DNA of 64,000 bases from Azolla caroliniana (lineage: Eukaryota; Plantae; Polypodiophyta): contig JBHGNT010000005.1 in the NCBI GenBank assembly GCA_043228905.1, positions 17,422,001-17,486,000 of the forward strand, read 5' to 3'. The position numbers were made by a program, and so were the translations under genes. Under the pieces are notes generated by a model. It had not been told where the DNA came from, made no database searches, and was given only the letters and a program-made list of their open reading frames with translations. Shown here piece by piece: positions 1-12,491 of this stretch (position 1 is its first letter; every line of letters starts with the position of its first letter).

Positions 1-183
1 CCGCGGCCACTCGCTGGATCACCTTTGAAAAGGATCGATCCGCGCGGATTTCTTCCACCGCCTAGTGGTACGCTTCGTGCTTCCGCAGTCTTTCGGCAAG
101 TCGTCTCGCTCGCTCTGTTGCTGGGTCGTTTGTTGGTCTAGTCATCCATGCCCCCCGTTGTTCACTGCGCTTGAGTAGGAATC

Positions 184-642
184 GTGGTCGCCAAAAATTG
201 TGTTACTCCTTGGGCAGGACTAGCCCTAACACAGAGTGTCCCTCTAGGACACTTCACCAAAGGGTGGTGCAAGTGGGGTAGGCGTAGACCGTGATACAAA
301 CGTATTCCTAACCGGCTATTAGCTAGCATGGTAAATGATCTCAATACACGTGTAAGATAGATTCTATTAAGCACAGAACGGTAATTAACTAAAGCTTCAA
401 AGATTAAACAAGATATAGAACAACAATACTCTCATTAATAAACCGCTAATTGATTACAATCTAACCGGGTCCTTTTATAGGTCACCGGCTTTGGGTACGA
501 ACCGGTCCGGATCTGAATCGGCATACTGAATCCGTGTCCATCCGTTCGATTCTCAAAATATAATAATTATAGATAGTTCTAAAATAAATATCCCTTTCCC
601 ATTCTGGACTTTATTCGGCTTGTAAGTCTTTGTCGGTCAACA
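184..642 (-). mobile_element. 5' LTR (201-642) plus tRNA-Arg-type PBS of a Ty3/Gypsy element running off the left edge of the window
   Basis: Minus strand reads TGTTGACCG...GAGTAACA with a TATA box (CTATAAAAGG, ~471-480), followed by TTTTTGGCGACCAC; TGGCGACCAC at 184-193 is complementary to a tRNA-Arg 3' end. The LTR 3' end closely resembles 39050-39120. Confidence 0.65.
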
Positions 643-789
643 CCGTCCGATTTGGATAAAAAAGAACACACAAAAAAAATTGTTGTTGGAGGTCGCCCAA
701 CTTTGACACCTCGGTCACCCAACCACATCTGCTTGCCCAACTCTGGTCGTTGTAGGTTGGGCGACCTGATTATAGGTTGGGTGACCTGA

Positions 790-1430
790 TTAAAAAACTT
801 GAGATCCAACAAAAACTGGAGTACTACTTGACATCAAAAACTTGAGATAAACAACAAAAACTTGAGTATTACTTGACATCAAGAACTTGAGATACATAAC
901 AAAAACTTTAGTACTACTTGACATTAAAAACTTGAGATCCAACACAAACTTAAGTACTTCTTGACATAAAAAACTTGAGATAAACAATAAAAACTTGAGT
1001 ACTACTTGACATCAAAAACTTGAGATAAACAACAAAATACATCAAAAACTTGAGTACTACTTGACATCAAAAACTTGAGATCCAACAAAAACTTGAGTAC
1101 TACTTGACATCAAAAACTTGAGATCCAACAAAAACTTGAGACAACACTTGACATAAAAAACTTGAGTACTGCTTGACATCAAAAACTTGAGTACTACATG
1201 ACATCAAGAACTTGAGATAAATAACAAAAACTTGAGTACTACTTGACATCAAAATCTTGAGATCCAACAAGAACTTGAGACAACACTTGACATAAAAAAC
1301 TTGAGATAAACAACAAAAACTTGAGACAACACTTGACATCAAAAACTTGAGATAAACAACAAAAACTTGAGACAACACTTGACATCAAAAACTTGAGATA
1401 AACAACAAAAACTTGAGATCCAACACTTGA
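790..1430. repeat. Modular tandem array built from AAAAACTTGA(G/C) units
   Basis: Dozens of 18-25 bp units (AAAAACTTGAGATCCAAC, AAAAACTTGAGTACTACTTGACATC, AAAAACTTGAGATAAACAAC, AAAAACTTGAGACAACACTTGACAT). Preceded by inverted GGTCGCCCAAC/GTTGGGCGACC motifs (689-787). Confidence 0.9.
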
Positions 1431-1789
1431 ATTGAAAATGGATAGATATTCCATTAATAAGGTTATTCAATATACAATATGTGGCATTTTTTCCGTATAC
1501 AAAATACAAAAAAATTTACAAAATCCGTCGTATACACAATTTACAAAATCTGGAGTATACAAAATTTACAAAATCCCCCCACCCTACGCAACTGGAAATC
1601 CTAGTACCCTTCATGCCCACCCTGCAACCTGAATCTGAAGGGAATCCACGTCATATTTGGTGAACCACATACTCTATGCCTTGTCACCAAATACGTATAA
1701 GAAGAAAATTTACAAAATCCGCATGAGACATCCATTTGCAATCACACTTACAATCTGGAGATATCCATCATCATAAAAACTCATCGACC

Positions 1790-2125
1790 AACATCTGTAT
1801 AGTCTTCATCATGTAAAAGCCATAATCCCAACCATTTGGTTGAGTTGGGATGTGCATTGTCAACCCTCCAACACAATGGTGTGATCTTCTGTAGCACTAG
1901 AAATTGTCCGATCGCAATATCTACAAGACTCCGTAAGGTGTAAGTCGCCTTGTTGTTCAGTGGATCAGAGAAGACTATTGTGCTTGTTAGCTTAGAAACT
2001 TTGTGTTGTATCTTTATCCACAACACCCAATGGCCCGATACCACGATTAGAATGAAGATGAAATCATGATCGGACACATGTCTAAGGATGTCTTGCACCT
2101 TCGTCGTTTGCTTGTGTAGTTGCAC
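1790..2125 (-). pseudogene. Frameshifted Ulp1/C48-like cysteine protease relic, probably MULE/CACTA cargo
   Basis: HDFIFILIVVSGHWVLWIK...IVFSDPL (His and Asp motifs), then in a shifted frame IPTQPNGWDYGFYMMK, matching Q-x-N-G-x-D-C-G with the catalytic Cys changed to Tyr. Confidence 0.65.
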
Positions 2126-2906
2126 CCAAAGTGGGTCGACTATGGTGAACTATTCTAATACCTCATGGAGTAGTGAGTACTCCATCCACATGGTGAATAA
2201 TGTCATGTTCCATGTGAATGCCATTTCTCCATCCTTGCATATCGGTTGAAGATCTGACTCCGCAATGTCAAAGGCAAGCTTGAGCCTTTGGCATGTAAGA
2301 TGGTACCTATTTCAAAGAAACATTCATGCAATTTGAGTCGAAGCCACCCTTAAATATGAAAGTTTACAAATTGTATTCCACAAATAAAAAACCTGGCAAA
2401 CTGTTCCACAATCGGATGGCATTGGCTCTTCCAATATTTACCGTGGCCACATTCGGTGCTACATCATCTAAATCTGGTGTTAATGGGACAACATCTGTCA
2501 CCAACTCCACCTCCTTCCGTCTAACTTGCATTTTGGGTCGTCTTTGTCTAGGTGGTGTGGACACATTGGATGGGTGTTGTGCCTATTGTGTATCTATTGA
2601 CACACCACCCTCTTTGGTGGATATGCCCACCTTTTTACACTGTTTCACCAAATAGACACATGTTATGACCTAATCCAAAGATTTAACCCTCCAACACTAA
2701 AAAAGCATGAAAGGTTCATACTTACATAAGAATCCAATCCAGATGCAATATTCTTCTTCAACATCTCCATTCATTCATCCTTTTTGGTGTCATAGATGGC
2801 CATCTCATGCGCTATAAATCTCACAATGAACTCTACCTCGGTGATACATCGGAGTTCTACGGGAATGGAGTTGAACCTCAAAATGACCCTAACCTTCAAC
2901 TTCTGA

Positions 2907-4385
2907 ATGTATGATTGTCGACCAATATTCCATAGAGGAATAATTTTGGGAGTTAGTGTCAGATGCTCATTTAATGAGCACTCTGAACTACTTGTTAGCC
3001 CATTGTCAGGGCTTGTATTTAAAGTGCTCTCTAAGCATATTTGTATGTAAAGAGTATTATTCATTTTGTATCTAAGTTTGTTGTCTACTCACTTTGTCAC
3101 CCTCTCATCTCATCTCTACGTATACCTAATTGTTGTATTTCTGGATATTCGACTGTGTATTCTGTGCTTCACATAATGCTTCCGCGCGTAATCTTTTACA
3201 TGGCATCAAAGTATGAGGGTTAGAAGAAACCTCTATTGCCGACAAAGTAAACAAGACAGAGACAAGTTTTCTTCTTCCGGAGAAGAAAAGAAAGGAACAT
3301 GGATAGAGTTATGGGTAGCTCGCTTCCAACAAGAAGCTGGACAGAAGGAACTATGCATCTTGGTCTTACAAGACACCAGTACTTGCTCGGACACAAGTAC
3401 TGGAGCTATGTCGAAGGAGCCAATGATGTGGCACCGGATTCGACACACAGAGATTTCCTGGCCTAGGAACAGGCAACAAGCAAAGTTCTTTACTGTTTCA
3501 CATCTAGTGTGCGCAACTAGCTATTGAGCTACATCTGGGACGCCAAAACACCAAAGGATGCTTGGGGAAATCTGAAGAAGATTTTTGCAGCAAGCACGAC
3601 GGCCAAGAAGCTACAACTCAGACAAGAGTAACTGAGCAATGTCTGACAAAGAGATATGTCGGTGGCTAATTACACCTCCAAGATGAAGGAGATTTGCAAC
3701 TCAATCGGGTCTATTAATGTGACGGTTGAAGAAGACGAGATGGTGTAGGTCTACCTTGGAGGTTTGGCCCAAAAGTTTAGATCATTCAGAATGGTGGTTT
3801 GCACAAGAAGAACACGTTGTCGTTCTTCGAGCTAGAATCAATGTTGCCTGTTGAAGAAAACCACACAGGTGACCAACAAGCACGCACGCCGACAGCAAGA
3901 TGTTGTACACAGAGACGGACCAGCCCTGTGTTCATGGTGGACGAGGTGGGTTGGCACGTAATGGAGGCGACCGACAAGAGTAAAACTAGAGGCATAATAG
4001 AAATGTTGACGGCAATTCCGGACCCTCCATAAGCAGGGGGAGTCAAGGCGGCGCTAGAAGCCAACAAGGAAAGGCCGCAACGAATTGCTGGTAGTCTGGC
4101 CAGAAGGACCACAGAGAGAGCGAGTGCCGGAAAAAGCACGTTGATTCAGACAGAACCGGATCAAACCAATGAAACATAAATAGGCATCACTGATCACACT
4201 TCGTCGAAGGCTCAGGATGAGTCAAAACGGGCCCTACTCTCGTGATGAAGCACAAGACAAATTAGATGGGTTGGTAACTGTCACACAAATCGCCGATCAA
4301 GGACTCTTCACTTTTTATCCGGCGGGGTCGGAATGGGTCGGTAAGCATTCTACTTTATGTTGATGACCTAGTCATCGCTAGGTCC
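2907..4385 (+). mobile_element. Degenerate Ty1/Copia: partial 5' LTR, PBS, gag, then a deletion joined to an RT fragment
   Basis: LTR ends TTTTACA at 3200, followed by Met-PBS-like TGGCATCAAAGT. The gag is homologous to 41556-42130 and has many stops. An RT piece (SILLYVDDLVI) lies at ~4340-4380. Confidence 0.8.
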
Positions 4386-4389
4386 GACT

Positions 4390-4828
4390 ATTGGCATAAA
4401 AGGTTGACTCCATCCACTTTGTATCCTAGTGTGAACATGTCCTCTAGCTAGGGATTGAGTAAATAAGCTCAACCCTAACATTGTAAACATATACTTGGAG
4501 TGTAAGAGTTGCAAAGTAAGAGAAGAAGAACTTCCATTCAAGCTCGTATCTGAGTCTATTTTCTGTTTCTCCCTTTGTCATCTATCTGTGTTGTTTGTTG
4601 TGCACAACTTGACAAGTCCTCACACATTCTTCCGCATATCTTACTTCAAGTGGTATCAGAGGGACCTTGTTGTTCGGCGGCAACGAAAAATAGAAAAGGC
4701 TAAAAGAAAAGACTAAGCCAACAACGTCCATCTTCCAGAAAAATGGCAACACAATCCAACACAAATGTGGAGATCCAAAAATTTGATGGAAAGAACTTCG
4801 CCCTATGGAAAGAAATGATGCAAGACGT
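4390..4828 (+). mobile_element. Second Copia family: LTR, PBS and gag start, cut by a Gypsy LTR
   Basis: TGGTATCAGAG PBS at 4650; ORF from 4743 MATQSNTNVEIQKFDGKNFALWKEMMQD is a typical Copia gag N-terminus. Confidence 0.75.
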
Positions 4829-6150
4829 TGTCGCGATTTTCTGTGGGTGTGTGTTGAAATGGGGCAGGACCACCAGGGTCTCAGACCAAGGAGACAATGA
4901 GAGAAGAAAGGTTGTACGGATCATTTCCGGATAACTTCACCAGATCGGTTTTCGGGCACGTGTCCAATCCGGATCGATCCCCGGATGTTGGACGGTGAGT
5001 GCATGGGCTCGGAGACGAATATTGTTTCGGACCGGTTGCCGGATAGCAGCGAAGAGCTCACTGGCTCACTAACTTGGATACGCACACTCAAACAGGAATA
5101 GAATAGAGATAAGAACATGTGGGTACCAAAACACGCAGAGAGACTCAACAAAACTATTGATTAACAGATGAAACAGGAAGATTACAACCGGATGCGGCCG
5201 ACAAAGGAGCTTCGAGCTCTACACGCACACACACAAACACAGACACAAAACGATGGATCTCTGATCGGGAGCACATAGGCTTCCTATGCGAGCAAAGGCC
5301 TCCACCTTCTTCGCAAAAACCAACGCATAATAGAAACAGAACAACCGAGCTTGGAACTCAAACCGACAACACTTCATTCTCCAAATCCTGGATCCCTTCT
5401 CAGTCTTCTCTCCCTCCTTTTATTGCTCAAGGAGTGAGAGACCATTACATTAGGTTGTTATGACAACCGCTTTCTGTCCTTGATCCTCTCCTCGATTTTC
5501 TCACATCATATCTTCTTATTCCTCTCTTTTTGTGGGACATTAAAGTACCCATCAAAATCATACTCTCTAGTACTTATTAGTCCTATGTTATTACACACTT
5601 TTGTACATAAAGACAATTTTTGTGTGCATCCACGCACACTCCCGTTCATGCGCACCAAACAAATTTTCTCAATGTAGCCAGAATTCCCCACGACATCCAC
5701 CCCCACCAAACCGTGCATCCTCCGGTATGTGCCGATCTAGGGAACCAGTGGGGATTCCGGGTCGTTCTTTAATCGCCCTCGTCTGAACCATCGCCGATCC
5801 AATCTGCATCCGGTTCCTCGTCCTCGTCCGTGCTTCCGATCCCTACCTCTGGATCTGGTTCTGCTTTGTGTCGCTTCTTGAAGGCCTTGATCCACTTCCC
5901 CACAACCGGTATCAAGATCCTCGTTCCATCGAGCTCTACAAGGTGATAGGTTGCATTGTCATTCACACTTGTCAACACGTAAGGCCCAAACCACCACTTC
6001 GCGAACTTCTAGGTTGACTAGTGTTGATTGTCGAGGTTGTTGTCGTAGACTAGCACCCAGTCACCTTCCTCAATCTTCTTTGGCCAAAGTCGGTGTGTTT
6101 GGTCGGATCGCCCTTTCTTCCTCAATCGCGTTGCATGTAGCTTCGCCATA
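4829..6150 (-). mobile_element. Ty3/Gypsy 3' end: integrase C-terminus, PPT and 3' LTR (4829-5695)
   Basis: KFAKWWFGPYVLTSVNDNATYHLVELDG (GPY module); PPT GGTGGGGGTGGA directly before TGTCGTGGGG; LTR ends TCGCGACA; flank is ACGT. Confidence 0.8.
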
Positions 6151-6267
6151 GCAACCCTGACAACTTCTACCACATCTCGTAGGCATTAGTGTCATTAGCC
6201 ACATGCTGAAGGACACTCACATCTATGCACTGTTTGATGGTGGACACCGCCTTCCTATTTAGGAGTT

Positions 6268-6564
6268 GGGTGAAAGCATGGGAATGGGAACAATTAGCTA
6301 TGTCCTTGACATAGCTAATTAGCTATCTAAAAAGCTACATGTAATCTGTATAATTTGGCAATTTTAGGGATGATTAGAATTTGATCTCAAATAAAGACTA
6401 GCTAAACGGTGGACCATAAATGGTAATATTTCCATTCCCATCATAAATGATACGTATCTTTAAGATCTTCCTACTAAAAATTAGCTATAAAAAAAACTAT
6501 TTAGCTGTGGTCAATTTACCAGCTAAATAGCTATAATAGTGTTTCCATTCGCATGCTTTCACCC
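6268..6564. mobile_element. MITE with GGG...CCC ends and a 4-bp flanking duplication AGTT
   Basis: TIRs GGGTGAAAGCATGGGAATGGGAACA / TGTTTCCATTCGCATGCTTTCACCC; AGTT at 6264-6267 and 6565-6568. Confidence 0.7.
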
Positions 6565-6691
6565 AGTTTCCATTCAGACTATAATACCCCTGTGGGTATT
6601 TCTTCTCTCTCAATGGGCTCATACAAATCTTTGACAATGAGAAGATCTTCCATTTTGATCTTCCATTTTGATCTCCCAATCAGAGTAGTTA

Positions 6692-7477
6692 TGTGAGTTT
6701 AGGACTATCATACCTGGGAAGTCACTCACACCTCCTTCCATTTCTGCACCTCTACTTTGATACTAATTTGAAAGACAAGGACCGTAGATTTCTGAGAAAG
6801 GATTTGTTGAAATGTACAACGTGGAAGCAGAAAACACAGATTATACACAATACACAACGTTTTTTGTGGAAACTCCTAAACAAGGGAAAAACCATGGGAA
6901 CAGATATTCCACTATATGAACGAAAGTACAGAAGAAAGAACAAGTTGCAACTCTCTCATAATAAACAGAGAATACCCACTTAGGGTTCTTGGCAAGTTTC
7001 TCAGAACTATGCCGCCGCTCTCTCACGCTCTCTTCTTACTCTCTCACTCTGTTACGCTTTGTACAACACTTCGTTATGTTCTGCACCTGTATACACTATG
7101 TTTGCCCTAGGTCTATTTATACTCATACACAATATGGGCTATTTACAAACATAGCTTTCATTATTATTATTAATCTTAGTTGATCAGCCGACTAATCGAC
7201 TCTTATGTCATTTTTTCAATTGGCCCGACTAGCCGACTCCCATGTCAGCTATCTAGTCGACCCGACTACCGGCCTTCTCCTTGACTTGCAACATCCATGA
7301 TGTAGTCGACTATTATAGTCTACTCTCTCTATCTCCTTCAGAGCAGTCGACAACCCTGTCGACTCGCTAGTCGATCCGACCGACCATCCAGTGTTCGGCT
7401 TGTGTCTGTTCGACTGCTGACTTCTCTCATAGACACCGATTGTCGACTTCTCCCAAAGGAGGGACACATTCCGAACA
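6692..7477 (-). mobile_element. LTR relic upstream of SWC2
   Basis: Minus-strand start TGTTCGGAATGTGTCCCTCC matches the end at 25001 (TGTTAGGAATATGTCCCTCC). TATA-like TATAAATAG at ~7113-7121 and GTCGAC-rich repeats. Left boundary uncertain; no TSD found. Confidence 0.45.
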
Positions 7478-8185
7478 AATATTTGGTCTTACTTACAAAT
7501 CCTTTTGTCCGAGTCTTAAGCTTGAATCGAGTTCCCTCACCCCCCCTCCCCGCATGGTAAGGCTATGTTAAACGTATATGTACATACATATGTCCATAGC
7601 TTTCAAGTTTGAAGAAAAAGAAGAAAGAAGAAAGAAGAAGAGAGACATCGTCAGGCGTGGGACAAAAGCCATTGGCAGTGTGAAACCTGCATTTCATTTC
7701 CCTTTTGCAGAAGCTCATTTTCTGTAGCCATGGGAGACAGTCAGAGAGAGAGAGAGAGAGATCGACAGATTTTCTGTTGTTGACTGGAACACTCAACGCA
7801 CACGCACGATATTTGAAGGGAACGAATACTGCAGAAGTGTAGGACGCAACTGAAGAAGACCGAAGATTGAAAGGAAAAGAAGAAAAGACGAGAGAAGTAA
7901 GGGAAGGAAGGAAGAAAAAATAGGCAGGAAGGAAGTCTCTGGAATTCAGGACCTTTCCGTCATCAGCCAAGATCGTTAATCTTGACGAGAGGCAGCCTTC
8001 CACAGAAGAAGAAGAAGAAGGAGAAGAAGAAGAAGAAGAAGAAGAAGACAAGAGAAAGAAAAAGGAGAAGGGAGGGGTAGAGAAAAGGAGAAAGAAGAGA
8101 AGAGAAAAGTAGGAGAACAAGAACAAACAGCAGGAGGAGGAGGAGGAGGAGAAGAAGACGGAGCTAGAAATAGCCGATAATAGAT

Positions 8186-11100
8186 ATGGAGGAAGAGACG
8201 GTTGGAGTGTTGCTGGAACGGACGAGCCGTTCCACCCGGGGCAAGAGGTAAACACCATTTGACTTTATTATGTCTGATTTCGTCCACTTCAATGGATTCT
8301 TTATATACACTCCCTGTATGTTGTTTTTCTTTCCAGAATGACAAAGCTCGTCGATGATGAACTCGAAGCAGATGAGGAATTCTGGGGCCAAGATGCATTC
8401 AAAGAGGTCAGTCTGACCTTCTCTCCTTTCTGTGAAATGCTTTCTTCACTAATAAGTGACTGAGGTTCCCTTTTCTCATGTAGAGAATTATAGGAATTCA
8501 GTAGGAAATTAATACTTCCCTGACTGATTTCATTCCTGTACAAAGATGTCCAGATGTACTATTCTTATTTTCATCTTTATCTATCGTTGTTTCATCTGTG
8601 AAAATGCTTGATTGTTGTACTATTCTGATGAGATTACATCCTTTATACACACCGATAGGCTGGAGAAGATGCTGAATATGAAGCTGAGGACGATGTTATT
8701 GATGAATTTGACAGTGATTTTGATGAAGAAGTGAGTATTTTGCTCCTTAGGTTCCTTCTAGCACATTACAGTAGTGTAGTGCTTGATCTTTTGATTCTTC
8801 CAACCAGGAAGCGAATATCGAAGAGGAGGAAAAACAAGAAGAATATGAAAGGTATTTTCTGTATATGATATGCATTGATTACTCATGCTTGTAGTGTAGA
8901 TGTTGTGTCTTATCTTGAACGACATCCAGAGTTTTAAAAAAAACAGATGTTTTGTAGATTTTGTGTCTTATCTTTAAACTATGTTTAGTATAGAGTTAAA
9001 AGGAAGAGACTTTTGCCTCCGGGAAGTAAGCCAGTCAAAAAAGATGGAAAGGGAACAGCACAAAAAACCAAAGATTTAGATGCAATTGAGGCAGCAGTTG
9101 CAGCAGCAATGGAACCTTTGAACGATGAGCATAAGACCATTATAGTAGAGGATTCTCATAAGGAGATCATGTCACAAGAGGTTCATGATTCAATGGAGGA
9201 TCTAGAAAGTGAAAAGATAGTGAGGAAGTCTACTCGTACTGCTGTTGTTGTCAGGCAAGCTGAAAGAGAGGCCCTAAGAGCTGCTATGCATGTTGCAACC
9301 ATCAAAGTAAGTGGTTCAATTAGCTAATATCTTTGACATTCCATTTGCATGAAGGAATCCTCCATATTGTCTCTTTTGTGCATAATTGGGACTCATGCTA
9401 CTTGTTTGTGTTCATATCTCAGCCAGTAAAGAGAAAGCGTGAAGGGGAACGCCGAATAACACAAGAAGATATGCTTCTTGAAGCTGCTCAAACAGGTAAA
9501 ATATGGAAAAGACTGTCAAGAATATTTGTTGGAGCAAATGCTCACATGTTTGAAATTGGGAGTTATGCCGTGTATAAAGCAATGACTGTAGTATTTCTAG
9601 GAGCCCAAACCATTAATTAGAGCTCATATGAGACTATGGACTATAAGCAAAAAAACATTTGATGTGGAACTCATATGTTTGAAGTTGGGAGTTATGCCCT
9701 GGTACAAAACAATTATTGTAGCATTTCTAGAACCCCAAACTATTAATCAGAGCTCATATGAGACTATTAGCAATGAATCTTTCTTACTCTTGCACTCCCT
9801 TTTCACTTGTGTTGTTTTTGAAAAGTTGTATGAGTGTGAGATTCGATTCTTGATGAGCCTTGCCCCTGAGCCAAGTAAATGCATTGTCTATGCAAGAGGA
9901 TGTAACTCATTTGGGAGGAATCCTCTCACTGATCAGTCCGAAGATATTTCACCTTCAGGTTCAATTTCTTGTGCACCATGTGATGCCACAATGGAAATGT
10001 TCCACAAGTCCATGGCTTCTCTTTGAGAAAGTATATCCACATCATCCTACTATAATTTCCTGCGATCAGGAATAAGTAGGATGATCCACCTGCCTGTCGC
10101 TATGAGAAAAACTTGTGATTTTCATTCAGTGTGCAAGCCTCACACTTCGGTGAGTGTAGGCAGGCAGTGTACAGGCCCATTCGTCTGCATCTTCCATAGT
10201 AATATGAGACTCAAGTGCTGCACCTTTGCATTCTAAACACGTTTACACTTGTTGACAACAATTGTAGTAAGCTGTAACTGCTTGACTCTTCTCTCCACTG
10301 GCCCAACTACATGTATTGTGTTGTATATTTTGACACCTGATTTGTGGAAGATTGTCGCTTAGCTGGCATATGCCAACCTTGACAAGGACAATAGATTCTG
10401 TTGGATTTGGTCTTCTAGGCACTTTGTCCACTTGCATCAGTCTTCACACAGTGTAATCCAGTTCCCTTGGTTCGATGTTCTGGTTCCCCACTAATAAACT
10501 CACCTTCATCTCACGGTGACTGTTTGCATATTGGCTTTCTGCCCTATTTCTATTCTAGTGAGAATGCTTAGTTCATATTCAACTGGAAATGAATCTTCAT
10601 CCGTAGCTGCTCTTGAAATATAGAGAATTCCTCAAAATGAAGTGACTAATTCTGCACATTATTAAATTTCAAAGCCACCGTACAGTTAGGTCTTCATGCC
10701 AATTCTTCCCGAGGCAGACTTCTCCAATCTGACCCCAACCATCTGAAGGTGCTTTATATTTGTGTAAATTACTTTTGGATGCTTATAGATAATGCCTAGG
10801 GTAGGGTGGTTATGGGGCTTATTTTGTAGGGGAAGTGTTTGTACTTGTGAGCATTTGGCTGTATGATATCTCCATCCAAAGCATTTTGGTAATCATATTG
10901 GGGTGTTAAAATGTGAATTAGATTTGGTTTCTTGCTTCTTAAATAGTAAGACTTGGAAGTTGGGATCAAGATTAGAGTATGCATTGAGATATTAGTCATT
11001 TGACTATATGGCCTCAGTTATATTCATGTGCAGTAATCTGACTGGTTACTTTCGTTTTTGTGATAGAGATACTTAATCGCCAGAATCTGGAGAGAATGCT

Positions 11101-12491
11101 TGCTCGGGAAGAGGAGGTCAAACAGAAGGCCATTATCCATAAAACAGTCTATACTGGTCCAACAATACGATTTTATTCGCGAGATGGTGAATACGAGCAT
11201 CATTATGAATGTGTTTAAACAATGAATTCCCAATGTCTTAACAATGATGTCTTACAGGGAATAATTTTCTGGAATTTTGTGGTGAGATTCCTGAAGCTGA
11301 GAAGTTGTTTATGTCAGCCACTAAACCTGGTGAGATACAATGTTCCTTTTATGCTCCTTTCATGTTTTTGTCTTTAGGAAAACCTAAGATTTTAGTTAAT
11401 GCATTTCAGATGTCAAGAAACCAACGAAGTGTGTAGTGACAGGGTTGCCTGCGAAGTAAGAAAAAACTTAGCATTTGCAACGCATTAAACATAACTGCAA
11501 CTACTTTCTTCTGTGAAATGCTTTGTTTTTCATCGGACATATGCTAGCAACATTTCTACAATGGTTATTCTTTTACTTGCTAGATACATCGATCCTTTGA
11601 CTGGGTTTCCATATGCCACAAAAGAGGCTTTCAACATCATTAGAAAGAGGTACACATTTTCTGCAAATGTAATGGAAAAGTCCTTAGTTTGGATGGACAT
11701 GTGCAATCCAAAAACTTTTATGCCTGCCCAAAAGGGCAGGATCATCAGCATGAATAATTATTCCACTTGGTGAAAACAAAAGTGCATCAACCATTTAATG
11801 ATTTGTATTTTTCACCGCATTTTGTTCTCGTACCATATCTTTAGTGCAGTCATGTGAAGCTTTGTTTCACCTTGTTTATAGGGTGGAAAAAAAAGAGAGC
11901 TCGCAAAGGAAAGCTACTCCTGGTAAAAAGCTGAGGTCTGAGAGGATAATCTCAGGTCGTCCACACTCCAAGACACCAAGGTCTGCTCATAAGTCTATCT
12001 CACGAAGACACCTTTCTAGAATTGAAGCAAGGCACATTGATTTCAAGGGTGATGTAGATGATGTGATTCAAGATCTACCCTTAGCTCCAGACTTGACTCA
12101 ACAAGAATCTATTGCTCAGCCCATGCATGAAGTGAAGTTCCCAGGATCTTCCATGTCAACTCCTATATCAGAACAATCATTTGATGATAATAGAGCTTCA
12201 ACTCTCAAACCTTTGGATCAGTTAGGGAACACGGAAAACCTATCTAAAGGAACAGGGCAGCCTAGGCAAGTCAAGGATGAACTTTTGTGGGTAGAGATTC
12301 CACCACCAAGTGAGGAACCGATCGATGATGATTACCTACTTGATGACCTTACGTCGCTGGACTTCGGCCCAATTTTGACATTAGAACATGGTGTAAGAGT
12401 TGATCTTCAAGACCAAGATGAACAGGAAATTGGAGATCCAACTTTAGGACTCATTTCTCTATTAGATTTTTCTGCAAATACGGCATTCTGA
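8186..12491 (+). CDS. SWC2: SWR1 complex subunit 2 (YL1/Vps72 family, H2A.Z chaperone), 11 exons
   Basis: GT-AG exons 8186-8247, 8337-8406, 8659-8730, 8808-8851, 8994-9306, 9423-9495, 11067-11186, 11258-11329, 11410-11455, 11584-11649, 11882-12491 splice in frame. Motifs: RTSRSTRGKRMTKL, EFDSDFDEE, VRKSTRTAVVVRQAERE, TQEDMLLEAAQTEILN, and YL1_C CVVTGLPAKYIDPLTGFPYATKEAFNIIR. Confidence 0.93.
9541..9773. repeat. Diverged tandem duplication (~130-bp period) in SWC2 intron 6
   Basis: CTCA(C/T)ATGTTTGAA(A/G)TTGGGAGTTATGCC...GAGCTCATATGAGACTAT occurs at 9541 and 9670. Confidence 0.8.

Noticed and set aside
790-1430. CRISPR-like repeat/spacer appearance
   Set aside because: The 'spacers' are a few recurring variants rather than unique sequences; the context is eukaryotic with no cas genes.
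3814-3822. ACGTTGTCG, the same junction string as the ACGT-associated LTRs
   Set aside because: It lies within continuous Copia gag coding sequence (NTLSFFEL) and no LTR follows.
7563-8398. 231-aa and 140-aa minus-strand ORFs
   Set aside because: Low-complexity antisense translations of the GA-rich SWC2 leader and first exons.
8625-8660. CTGATGA in SWC2 intron 2 as a second hammerhead
   Set aside because: No stem II or GAAA follows.
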